Positions 26,428-35,491 of a stretch of DNA of 64,000 nt are shown in pieces. The first letter of the stretch is position 1, and the number at the start of each line of letters is the position of its first letter. The notes beneath the pieces are model-generated. The model was given only the letters and a program-made list of their open reading frames with translations. It ran no database searches and was not told where the DNA came from. Origin of the DNA: Patescibacteria group bacterium (GTDB lineage Bacteria > Patescibacteriota > Microgenomatia > UBA10105 > UBA927); the NCBI GenBank assembly GCA_023379025.1, contig JAMCTH010000003.1, forward strand, positions 169,259 to 233,258, given 5' to 3'. The position numbers and the translations under genes were made by a program.

Positions 26428-28608
26428 ATGATCTCACCTGTGGTTCTGCATATTAAAGTCCCCAGGGAAAACACAAAAGGCCCGGTAGCCATGGAGGGCG
26501 TCTATGACGGCCTTGATGAACTGTTTCGCCACGAACAGACACCAGTCGCTTTTGAAATAGTTCTCAAAAACGGATTTCTGTATTTTATTGTTGTTTGCGA
26601 GCGCAGGGTAGTTGATCTGGTACGTGGACAATTATATTCCCAGTACCAAAATCTTGAGCTTGAAGAAATTTCTGATTACTCTGGCACATTCTTTGCCTGG
26701 CCAAGCATTACAACACTCACCCTCAAACGACCCCATGCTTATCCGCTCCGCACCTACCGGAACCTCCCGAACGATTTTCTGACGAATCTCTCGGGGATGG
26801 CCACTTCCGTCGGCAAAAACGAATCTGCAGCAATACAGATTATTCTCCGAGCAATAGATGCCGATTCCTTGTCCTTTAAATCGGAACGGTTTTTGGAGAC
26901 TTCGTGGAGATCAGCACTCAGAAAAAATTCATCACTCCGTGAACTTCTGGAAGAGGAGGAAAGGAAAAAATTGCAAAAATCTTTATTTCGCGCAACTATA
27001 CGCATTGCAACGGCTACAGGATCTAAATCCGATGCACTAGGCGCCTCGATCGCATCGTTATTTAAAATACTTGATAACGAACACTTAAACGAACTGAAAA
27101 TCTGGAATGTGTCCCATCGCACACAGACGGCGGAGGAGTATAAAAGCCGCGTCATGACCAAGAATCTTCTCCTGTCTTCCGAAGAACTGGCAACAATCTA
27201 CCACTTTCCCTATTCCGGAGCAAATATATCGCAGGTCGCCGTCTCAAAAACTAAAATGGCAGAGCCTCCGACTAATCTTCCGGTATCACCTGAGGCCATC
27301 CCATTTGCGGTCACAAACTTCCGCGGCAGCGCTACTCAGTTCGGCATAAAACGTGAAGACAGAAGAAAACATCTGTATATCATCGGGAAGACCGGTGTCG
27401 GCAAAAGTAAACTCATAGAACTTCTGGCTCTTGCTGACATCCGTGAAGGCAAAGGATGCGTCATCATGGATCCGCACGGCGACTTGGCAGAGGAGCTCCT
27501 CCGTTACATCCCGCGGGAACGGCTGTATGACATCATCTATTTTAACCCGGCAGACCGCGAGTATCCCATGGGATTTAATCCGCTGGAGAGTGTCGGATCG
27601 TTCGAATACAGACAAAATGTGGTTGCCGGATTCATCGCGATATTCAAAAAACTTTTTGGCTTCACCTGGAATCAGCGGCTCGAACATGTCCTACGGTTCA
27701 CTACACTCGCACTTCTCGATGTACCCGGTACGACCGTACTCGGAATTACCAAAATGCTTTCTGAAACGGATTACAGGCAGGAAATTGTCGCACAAATTCA
27801 GGATCCTCTGATCAAAAAATTCTGGACAACAGAATTTTCGTCCTGGAATGAGCAGTACGCCGGTGAAGCCATAACGCCGGTCATCAATAAAGTCGGACAA
27901 TTCGTCGCGAATCCGCTCATCAGAAATATTGTTGGACAGGGAAAGAGTACCGTAAAAATCGACGAGCTGATCAATAATGAAAAAATTGTCATTGCAAATT
28001 TTGCGATCGGAAAACTCGGAGAGGAAAACAGTGCACTTCTCGGCGCCATGTTCATAACGAAACTCTGGCAGGCGGCAGTGGCCAGGGCATCTCTCCCCGA
28101 AGGGGAACGAAAAGACACGTTCCTCTATGTCGACGAATTTCAAAACTTTGCAACCAGCGCCTTTGCCAATATCCTTTCAGAAGCAAGAAAATACAAACTG
28201 AACCTTACGGTCGCTCATCAGTATATGATGCAACTGCCCGAAGAAGTGCGGTCTACCGTCTTCGGAAATGTCGGATCGATTATTGCCTTCCGAGTCGGCG
28301 GCGAAGATGCTTCCGTACTTGAAAAAGAATACAGTCCGACATTCTCATCTCAGGATTTTATGAATCTCGATATGAGAAATTTCTATATCAAGATGACCAT
28401 CGACGGTCAGACAGCGCTCCCGTTTTCCGGAAAAACACTCGATTTCCCCAAACCTGACGCAGATCTCCTGACGGATGTCGTACGGATCTCGCGGGAACGC
28501 TGGGCACACCCAAGAAGCGACGTTGAACGCGAACTTATGTCTGATACGGAAACTCCTTCTCCGGCACCTGAAGCAAAGGCGCAAACATTCTCCGAACCTA
28601 TTATCTAA
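26428..28608 (+). CDS. FtsK/HerA-superfamily P-loop ATPase (VirB4/VirD4/TraG-like coupling-type ATPase), 726 aa
   Basis: Approx. 300-aa N-terminal domain with no TM. Walker A HLYIIGKTGVGKSKL followed by DPHGD. Walker B FLYVDEFQNF. ARKYKLNLTVAHQYMMQL motif (RKYG-like) typical of TraG/VirD4/HerA ATPases. Confidence 0.6.
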   Translation: MISPVVLHIKVPRENTKGPVAMEGVYDGLDELFRHEQTPVAFEIVLKNGFLYFIVVCERRVVDLVRGQLYSQYQNLELEEISDYSGTFFAWPSITTLTLKRPHAYPLRTYRNLPNDFLTNLSGMATSVGKNESAAIQIILRAIDADSLSFKSERFLETSWRSALRKNSSLRELLEEEERKKLQKSLFRATIRIATATGSKSDALGASIASLFKILDNEHLNELKIWNVSHRTQTAEEYKSRVMTKNLLLSSEELATIYHFPYSGANISQVAVSKTKMAEPPTNLPVSPEAIPFAVTNFRGSATQFGIKREDRRKHLYIIGKTGVGKSKLIELLALADIREGKGCVIMDPHGDLAEELLRYIPRERLYDIIYFNPADREYPMGFNPLESVGSFEYRQNVVAGFIAIFKKLFGFTWNQRLEHVLRFTTLALLDVPGTTVLGITKMLSETDYRQEIVAQIQDPLIKKFWTTEFSSWNEQYAGEAITPVINKVGQFVANPLIRNIVGQGKSTVKIDELINNEKIVIANFAIGKLGEENSALLGAMFITKLWQAAVARASLPEGERKDTFLYVDEFQNFATSAFANILSEARKYKLNLTVAHQYMMQLPEEVRSTVFGNVGSIIAFRVGGEDASVLEKEYSPTFSSQDFMNLDMRNFYIKMTIDGQTALPFSGKTLDFPKPDADLLTDVVRISRERWAHPRSDVERELMSDTETPSPAPEAKAQTFSEPII

Positions 28609-29513
28609 TTCAGGTACTGAAAACCCGGATAAAACGACGTCATCACTTCTGATACCGTTCTCGTATATTCCTCCGGCGTATACTGCCTGTTCAAAATACA
28701 GTTCTTTGCGTGGGAAAGTTCCGCACATCCGAAACAATTGTGACAGTCAACGCAATTAGCAAGAAACGCGCTGTCATAACAATTACTCGACCAGTCCGCG
28801 AACCTGCAATTGTAGAGCTTTGAAGAGTCGCGACACTCATAACATAGTTCGACCTGGGCGCATTGCGTCAGATCGTAGGAGTTTTTACAATAAAAACTGT
28901 CGTATAGGTAGCCGCAGTCTTCGTCATGGGCCGCGTCGTAACAGAGATAGAGGTTTAATGCGTAGTGGACATGATTCCCGTAGCTGCTGTTCTCCGAATG
29001 GGTGACATTGGACGGTCCAAAGGGATATGTTCTAATGAGATTTTTAAGATCGAGAAGATTCTGATCGGAAGGACGGGCAAGAAGCCCGGCAAGCCGTCTC
29101 TTATATTCTTCCTGGGTATATTGCCTGTTACATATACAATACTGCTTCTGCCTGAGATGCGTGCACCCGAAGAGATCATGGCTGTCTATACAATCCCAAC
29201 AAAAATGGCTGTCATATATCCTGGCACAGTAGTCGAGATATGTACTGTTGTATGCTCTAAGACAATCAACACACCCGTAAAGCTTCTCGCAATCCACATC
29301 ATAATCGCCGTCAACACAGTCAACACACCGTACGCTGTCGAAAAGATACAGGCACCGTTTATTATATGCGCAGTCAAAGGTATAGTAGCAGTCCGCAGAA
29401 TGATAGGTGTATCCGGTATAATCGCAATTTTCGTTATCGATATTCCCGGTCGGAGGCCGTGGGAGCGATCGCCGAAGCATGCTATATGCTGAAAGAAAAT
29501 CGGTGAACGTCAT
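28605..29513 (-). CDS. Cysteine-periodic repeat protein (approx. 36 Cys in 303 aa, C-x8-C / C-x2-C register, two half-repeats)
   Basis: Start at MTFTDF, 4-nt overlap with the upstream zinc-ribbon gene. Repeated units such as CGYLYDSFY/CKNSYDLTQ/CRDSSKLYN/CRFADWSSN/CYDSAFLAN/CVDCHNCFG. Both halves end in LRQKQYCICNRQYTQEEY / NCILNRQYTPEEY. No signal peptide. No family recognised. Confidence 0.55.
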   Translation of the reverse strand: MTFTDFLSAYSMLRRSLPRPPTGNIDNENCDYTGYTYHSADCYYTFDCAYNKRCLYLFDSVRCVDCVDGDYDVDCEKLYGCVDCLRAYNSTYLDYCARIYDSHFCWDCIDSHDLFGCTHLRQKQYCICNRQYTQEEYKRRLAGLLARPSDQNLLDLKNLIRTYPFGPSNVTHSENSSYGNHVHYALNLYLCYDAAHDEDCGYLYDSFYCKNSYDLTQCAQVELCYECRDSSKLYNCRFADWSSNCYDSAFLANCVDCHNCFGCAELSHAKNCILNRQYTPEEYTRTVSEVMTSFYPGFQYLN

Positions 29514-29800
29514 TTTTGGAGAATATCCGTCGTATCGTAATACTGCCGGTAACACGTCTGGCAGAGGATTTTTGCCGAAACCGTTGCAGGATCGTACGTC
29601 GTCACCATGGCCGCACCGCACTGTTGACAGGTCGTCCGGAATAATTTACGCTCCCCCCGTCCCCGCAGACGCCGGAGCTGCCGGTCTGATGGACACAGTG
29701 TCGGCATTGGCAAATTCATTTTTTTAAGAAATTCCTCCTCCTGGGATATCACAAGAAATTTCTGACCGCAGGACGCACACACGTGGGTAGTATCTGCCAT
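29510..29800 (-). CDS. Small zinc-ribbon protein (three CxxC pairs)
   Basis: Start at MADTTHVCASCGQKF. Further CxxC at TCQQCG and LCQTCY. 96 aa. Directly downstream of the permease gene, translationally coupled to the next gene. Confidence 0.45.
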   Translation of the reverse strand: MADTTHVCASCGQKFLVISQEEEFLKKMNLPMPTLCPSDRQLRRLRGRGERKLFRTTCQQCGAAMVTTYDPATVSAKILCQTCYRQYYDTTDILQK

Positions 29801-29837
29801 ATATACCCATGGTATCACAATTTTCTCTTGACAACCC

Positions 29838-30623
29838 TTAATTGCTGGCGCTTGTGTAGAACCTGAGCGCAAAACGCCAGAACTTCCGGGAAACAAGAAA
29901 CAGACCGACCGCTACCCCCATAAGAAGCGCCGCATCCTGCCAGCGCGCATGGGAAAGAAAAATTTTTGCCGGAATATTGATGATAAGCGTAAAGGGAAGG
30001 AAAAAAACGAAGATATAACTTGCCAGCTGATGCAGCATTTCCGCCGGATACCTTGCCGCACCCGTTACGGAAAACATGAGCTCCGTCAGATTCGAGAGTC
30101 TCGTATGCCAGATCGTAACGGTAATGACAATAAACCAGAGCGAGTAAAGGGTCAGGAGACTAAAGATCATGATCCCGGCAATCGGAAGAATATTCCATAC
30201 GGTCGGAATGATATGGAGAATCCCGGCAATATACCAGGTGTACGCCAAAGCGATAAGGACGCGGGAAAATGTGGCGTATCCGACAAGCCAGAACGTCAGG
30301 AGGAACTGCGAATCGATCGGTTTCACGAGGATGCTGTCAAGCTGCCCGAAATGAATAATTGTAGAAAATCGCTCGAAATTTCGAGAAAAAAATACATGGT
30401 AACAACCGATTATGATACCGTAAAGACCATTGAGAAGCAGCAGCTCATCACGACTCCACCCGAAAACAACCGTTATTTTTGATGTCAGCAATACAATGGA
30501 AAAAAGGGAAAACAATCCCCACGCCACGCTAGACACAAGACTGTTTAAAAAATGAGCGCGGTAGATAAGAAGTGCCGAAAAATTCAGCTCCAGAAGTTTT
30601 TTGTATACACGGATATATCTCAT
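29838..30623 (-). CDS. ABC-2 family transporter permease (B)
   Basis: 261 aa, 6 TM. 4-nt spacing from the upstream permease. C-terminal RFYTSASN. Confidence 0.6.
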   Translation of the reverse strand: MRYIRVYKKLLELNFSALLIYRAHFLNSLVSSVAWGLFSLFSIVLLTSKITVVFGWSRDELLLLNGLYGIIIGCYHVFFSRNFERFSTIIHFGQLDSILVKPIDSQFLLTFWLVGYATFSRVLIALAYTWYIAGILHIIPTVWNILPIAGIMIFSLLTLYSLWFIVITVTIWHTRLSNLTELMFSVTGAARYPAEMLHQLASYIFVFFLPFTLIINIPAKIFLSHARWQDAALLMGVAVGLFLVSRKFWRFALRFYTSASN

Positions 30624-30626
30624 ACG

Positions 30627-31439
30627 TTACTGACCGATGCCGGTAAAGAGCCGGAGTCCGGTAACCCAGAGTTTTTTGTAACAGAGTAACAGGGTAATCA
30701 GCCATACGATCTGTATCGCGATCACCCTTACGGCATCCCAGCCCAAAAGATTGCCTTCAAGCGCCATCACGGGATAATAGATCATATAGGCAAACGGCAG
30801 TATCTCGGCAAGTGTCCTGAGCAGGGGGTGAAAAAACTGTACAGGTATCACGAACCCGGCAAAAACCATGAATATGACGGTCACGAGCTGCTCGAAACCG
30901 CTGTAATCGGTCATCCAGAGGGCAGACAAACCGACGATCATCTTAAACACAAACGAAAGGAAATACGCGATCACACCGGAAATCCCGGCGACCACGAGGG
31001 CAGCCGGAGCCGAAGCCACATGCAGAAACGAACCGAACGACACAAGAAACCCCGCAAGGATTACAACTCCGAATGCACCCTGGATCACCCGCCACGGAAG
31101 TTCTTCATAAAACTTGATCCAGAAATAGGAAAAGGGACGGAGCAGATATTTCACGAGACCCCCTTCCTGGATATCGTGCCGTGCGACGTCTTCCTCAACA
31201 TGCACGGTAAGGAACGCCCCGGCAAAAATCAGGAGAAAATAGTAAGAGGTAATCTCCGAAAATGAGAGCGGCATCCCCGTAAGCTTTCCGCCCGCATACG
31301 CCGCCCGCCAAAACAGAAGGTAGAGAAGCGGGTTAAGAAGCTCCACGAGAAACCAGACGAGGTTTCTGCTCCGGTACTCAAATGCCTGCTCGAAATGGAG
31401 AAGAAACATGCGGACATATTTCATACAATGAAATCGCAA
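30627..31439 (-). CDS. ABC-2 family transporter permease (A)
   Basis: 270 aa, 6 TM. Follows the ABC ATPase. Confidence 0.6.
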   Translation of the reverse strand: MRFHCMKYVRMFLLHFEQAFEYRSRNLVWFLVELLNPLLYLLFWRAAYAGGKLTGMPLSFSEITSYYFLLIFAGAFLTVHVEEDVARHDIQEGGLVKYLLRPFSYFWIKFYEELPWRVIQGAFGVVILAGFLVSFGSFLHVASAPAALVVAGISGVIAYFLSFVFKMIVGLSALWMTDYSGFEQLVTVIFMVFAGFVIPVQFFHPLLRTLAEILPFAYMIYYPVMALEGNLLGWDAVRVIAIQIVWLITLLLCYKKLWVTGLRLFTGIGQ

Positions 31440-31607
31440 AACTCAAATCCCAAATCTAAAAGTTATCTCAAATCTCGAAAAGATATTGTTCGAACGCACG
31501 TGAGAACTTCTCGCGAAGTTTACCTCGAGACTTCTCGCCGAGAGGCTCGAAGAATAGGCTTGGAGATGGCTTCTCAATTTGTCGGAAGATAGGAATATAT
31601 CCATTGG

Positions 31608-32609
31608 TCATTGGTCCGCCGGTTGGCGGATGAGATTTGAAGCTTTCAAAAAAACATCCCTGATAATGTCTTCGATATCCGGTTCTTCGATATTGAGGTC
31701 CTCTACGGGAAAATCCTGCAATAGCTCCGCTGCCGCGACGTTGCTTGCGCTTCTCGGCACACGGATGACGGCATGGGGAAAATTGTACTCCGCAAGCTCT
31801 CCTATGGATCTGAATTTATCCGGCGCGATATAGGTATCGAGGACTACGGACAATACCTTATATTTGGCAAATTTCCGGACGAGCTGATCGAGTTTTCCGT
31901 CATAAAGGATCTTGCCGTGATCAATGATGATCACGCGACGCGCCAATTGACGTACGTCTTCCATATAGTGGGACGTCAGAAGAATCGTTGACTTGTGGAG
32001 TTCGTTATATGACTGTATGAAGTCACGCATCTTTTTCTGCATGACCACATCAAGTCCGATGGTCGGCTCGTCGAGAAACAAAACCTTCGGGGCATGGATG
32101 AGCGCCGCGATCAGTTCCATCTTCATCCGTTCACCGAGGGAAAGCTTCCGCACCTGAACTTTAAGGAGCGGCTCAACGTCCAGAAGTTCGACGAGTTCCC
32201 GGAGTGTCTTTTTGTAAGCATCATCCGGAATTTCGTATATCTCCTTATTGAGAAGGAAAGTCTCGAGAGCCGGCAGGTCCCACCAGAGCTGATTCTTCTG
32301 CCCCATGACCAGGGCGATCTGCCTGAGGTAGGCATTTTTGCGCTCATACGGGGTGTATCCGAGCACCCGGACCGCACCGCTTGTGGGGTACAGTAAGCCC
32401 GAAAGACACTTGAGAGTCGTCGTTTTTCCTGCGCCGTTCGGACCGATAAAACCAACCAATTCCCCTTCACCGATAGTAAACGAGATATCATTGACCGCCT
32501 GCACGGTCTCATACTGCCGTGCGACCAGCGACCGGACGGATCCCAAAAATCCGGGTTCCTTCCGGTGCACCTGATAATACTTTTTGAGATGAGCAAGAGA
32601 TATAACCAT
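31608..32609 (-). CDS. ABC transporter ATP-binding protein
   Basis: Walker A GPNGAGKTT, signature LSLGERMK, Walker B LFLDEPT, H-loop. 333 aa with a C-terminal extension. Confidence 0.85.
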   Translation of the reverse strand: MVISLAHLKKYYQVHRKEPGFLGSVRSLVARQYETVQAVNDISFTIGEGELVGFIGPNGAGKTTTLKCLSGLLYPTSGAVRVLGYTPYERKNAYLRQIALVMGQKNQLWWDLPALETFLLNKEIYEIPDDAYKKTLRELVELLDVEPLLKVQVRKLSLGERMKMELIAALIHAPKVLFLDEPTIGLDVVMQKKMRDFIQSYNELHKSTILLTSHYMEDVRQLARRVIIIDHGKILYDGKLDQLVRKFAKYKVLSVVLDTYIAPDKFRSIGELAEYNFPHAVIRVPRSASNVAAAELLQDFPVEDLNIEEPDIEDIIRDVFLKASNLIRQPADQ

Positions 32610-32740
32610 AGGAAATGAGATATTCGCTTTTTGAAATCAGAAATCCGAAATCGATATTCGGCTTTCTATTTTCTATTACGAATTTCTATTTTCTTTACAA
32701 CTATGTTCAATTTTCTAACCTCAGTATACCAAAAAGGAAA

Positions 32741-32771
32741 GCCCTCCATGATGCTCGGAGCGAAGCTTTCC
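32741..32771 (-). terminator. Rho-independent terminator downstream of hup (minus strand)
   Basis: GGAAAGC...GCTTTCC stem with nested CTCC/GGAG, followed by T5 on the minus strand. Confidence 0.5.
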
Positions 32772-32790
32772 TCTTTGTGCCGTCAGGCTG

Positions 32791-33063
32791 TTACCGGACG
32801 ACTTTTTTAAGCGCTTTTCCTGCCGTGAACCCTGGGGTTTTGCGGGCCGGAATGTTAATCGCTGCGCCTGTCTGGGGGTTTCGGCCGGTTCGTGCTTTGC
32901 GGGAACGGACCATGAACGTACCGAAGCCGGTAACGACGACTTTGTCTCCTTTTTTAAGGGCATCGGTGACGGCACCGAAGACTGCCTGAACTGCTTCACG
33001 GGAAGCTTTTGCCGTGAGACTCGCCTTTTTGGCAACGACTTCAACAAGATCTGCTTTGGTCAT
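32791..33063 (-). CDS. hup: DNA-binding protein HU
   Basis: MTKADLVEVVAKKASLTAKASREAV...GFGTF...RNPQTG; 90 aa. RBS GGAGGTG. Confidence 0.85.
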   Translation of the reverse strand: MTKADLVEVVAKKASLTAKASREAVQAVFGAVTDALKKGDKVVVTGFGTFMVRSRKARTGRNPQTGAAINIPARKTPGFTAGKALKKVVR

Positions 33064-33312
33064 ATGGATAGTTCACCTCCTCTCGCCCTCCGAAGATGAA
33101 GCGATGGAGGGTATCGCTCTCAGTAATACTTTTTTTCTGCGCGCCGCACTGAGATAGGCTTGCGGGGCAGAAATAATTCGGGCAGAAGGCTAGAACAAGA
33201 AAAAAAATTTTTTGTCCCGTTACGGCGGGATCTATGAGGCACTGTAAAGAATTTGGAGTGTCCTGTCAAGATATCAAAACGAAGAAGCTGTCAGGAGGTA
33301 CGATGTGTTCTA

Positions 33313-34848
33313 TTACTTGGCCGTTTCGACCGCCCGCAGCTCACGGATTACGGTGATCTTTACCGTACCCGGGAAGGTCATCTTTTCCTCAACCTCGTCT
33401 TTGATATCCCGTGCCATAATCACCGCCGCCGCATCATCTACTGTCCCGGGATCAACGATAACCCGGAGCTCCCTGCCCGCCTGAAATGCATAGACCTCTT
33501 TCACCCCTTTGTGAGTTTTTGCGACATTTTCAAGGTCCGTAAGCCGCTTGATATATTCCTCATAATTTTCGTATCGTGCCCCGGGGCGGCTGCCGGAAAT
33601 GGCATCAGCGATATAGACGAGCGTGGATTCTACGGAGGAAAACGGCGTGTCCTCGTGGTGCTGTGCAACACAATCGATGACGCGCTGCGGCATGCCGTAT
33701 TTTTTGAGCATCTGAATTCCCAACTCAACGTGGGACCCTTCCTGATCGGCGACGACTTTCCCGATATCATGAAGAAGGCATCCGAGCCGGACGATATTGA
33801 CGTCCGCATGCACCTCCTCGGCAAGAGCGATGCCGATTTTCGTCTCCTCAAGGGTATGGGCGATCATGTTCTGCCCGTAGGAAAACCGGTATTTGAACCG
33901 CCCAAGAAGCGCAACCAGCGGCATCGGGAGGTTATACACGCCGACGGCGTGACACAGTTTCTGCCCTTCCTCAAGCATAATCCGCTCGATTTCCTTCTTT
34001 ACCTGCTCTATGACTTCCTCGATGCGACCCGGCTGGACCCGGCCATCGCGAAGAAGCCGCTCAAGCGCCACCCTCGCTATCTCGCGGCGTACCGGATCGA
34101 AGCAGGAAAGCCGGATAACCCCCTCTTCGTCCAGGTCCACATCTACGCCGCTTGCCGTTTCAAAAGCGCGGATGTTCCTTCCCTCTTTCCCGATAATTCT
34201 GCCTTTTACGTCCTCGTCCGCGATTTTTATAACCGACACGGTATATTCCGGCACATAGTCCGTAGCTCCGTGACGCATGGCATCGACAAGAATCTGTTTA
34301 GCTTTTTCTTCTGCCTCTTCTTCTGCTTTGACGGTCGCCTCCCGGATTTCCTTGGCGACTTCTTCCCGCAGTTTTTCGCGCAGCGCCGTAAGAATGAAAT
34401 TTTTAGCCTCGTCCCTCGTAAGATGAGCGGCGCGCTCCAGTTTCTCGAGCTGTTCCGCTTTGATCTTTTCCATGTCGGAAAGCCGTTTTTGTATGTCAGC
34501 CTCCGCTTCCCGGATCCTCCCGTCCCGCTCGTCCAGTGCTCCTTCGCGGCGGTCTATGGCCTCAAGTTTCCGGCGCAGATCTTCTTCTGCCTCCCGCCGG
34601 ATACGGTGCGCCTCATCCTTTGCCTCAATGACCAGTTCCCTTGCCTGGGTTTCTGCCTGTTTCAGCACGCCGGCGAGATCCTGCGTCTCGGGGGGATTTT
34701 CTTTGTGGGTTTCTTTTTGCTCAGCCTGCGGCGGGCGGGAAACCTGAGGCTGCACCGGGTGCTTTCCGGATGCGGATTCCTTTTTCGTTTTAGGAAGCGG
34801 TTTTTTCGGATTGACAAGTCCTGACAACGTCTTGAGTACGTCAAACAT
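33313..34848 (-). CDS. rny: Ribonuclease Y (KH + HD domains)
   Basis: Coiled-coil region; KH motif IIGKEGRNIR; HD motif LLHDIGK. 511 aa. The N-terminus lacks an obvious TM anchor. Confidence 0.85.
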   Translation of the reverse strand: MFDVLKTLSGLVNPKKPLPKTKKESASGKHPVQPQVSRPPQAEQKETHKENPPETQDLAGVLKQAETQARELVIEAKDEAHRIRREAEEDLRRKLEAIDRREGALDERDGRIREAEADIQKRLSDMEKIKAEQLEKLERAAHLTRDEAKNFILTALREKLREEVAKEIREATVKAEEEAEEKAKQILVDAMRHGATDYVPEYTVSVIKIADEDVKGRIIGKEGRNIRAFETASGVDVDLDEEGVIRLSCFDPVRREIARVALERLLRDGRVQPGRIEEVIEQVKKEIERIMLEEGQKLCHAVGVYNLPMPLVALLGRFKYRFSYGQNMIAHTLEETKIGIALAEEVHADVNIVRLGCLLHDIGKVVADQEGSHVELGIQMLKKYGMPQRVIDCVAQHHEDTPFSSVESTLVYIADAISGSRPGARYENYEEYIKRLTDLENVAKTHKGVKEVYAFQAGRELRVIVDPGTVDDAAAVIMARDIKDEVEEKMTFPGTVKITVIRELRAVETAK

Positions 34849-34977
34849 GATGGTAATGCGAACCGGAGATGATGAAGGAACGCCAAAAATCCGCCCGTTA
34901 TGCGGCTTCGTGCGTCGGAGAAAGAAATGAAACGTCGTTATTCATATTCCGATACGCCTTCGGCATCCGATCTTCAC

Positions 34978-35487
34978 CTACAATTCAGCTTCTCTATTGT
35001 ATGCTTTTCCGGCATATTCGTCAATGATACGGTGCACCGTCGCCGGAGCAAAACCGCGGCTCCCGAGATACGCATAAATCTTCCGTCTCCGCGCCAATAC
35101 GGGCAATTTCTGCCAAACGGGCAGTTTTTTTGTCACGAGTTTTCTCGCGTCCTGAAGCTCATCCTGGGGTTGATGCACCGAAGTGATGATCTCGTCGACA
35201 ATCTTCCGTTCTATCCCTTTGTTGAGAAGCTCCCGCCGGAGAAGCGCCGTTCCTTTTGGCCGGAAGGTGCTGCGCTGTTCAATCCACCAGGAAACAAATT
35301 TTGCATCATTTATATATCCCAATTCCCGTAGTCTTTCTGATACCAAAGAAATAATCGTAGGGGCAAACGTTTTAGATCGTTTTTGTTTTTTTTCGAGAAA
35401 ATCATGTATCTCTTTTTCGGATCTGGGTCGGTAGGACAAAAAATTGAAGGCCGCATTGAGAAGGCGCTCGTACAAATAGTCATCCAT
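34978..35487 (-). CDS. recX: Regulatory protein RecX
   Basis: Three-helix repeat pattern of RecX (YINDAKFVSWWIEQRS ... ). Near recA. Confidence 0.75.
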   Translation of the reverse strand: MDDYLYERLLNAAFNFLSYRPRSEKEIHDFLEKKQKRSKTFAPTIISLVSERLRELGYINDAKFVSWWIEQRSTFRPKGTALLRRELLNKGIERKIVDEIITSVHQPQDELQDARKLVTKKLPVWQKLPVLARRRKIYAYLGSRGFAPATVHRIIDEYAGKAYNREAEL

Positions 35488-35491
35488 GAAT

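Noticed and set aside
28605-29513. Multiheme c-type cytochrome
   Set aside because: Only a single CxxCH occurrence (CVDCH) among about 36 cysteines, and no signal peptide.
33253-34824. 523-aa plus-strand ORF
   Set aside because: Fully antisense to rny. Low-complexity, Arg/Phe-rich translation typical of an antisense GC-rich frame.
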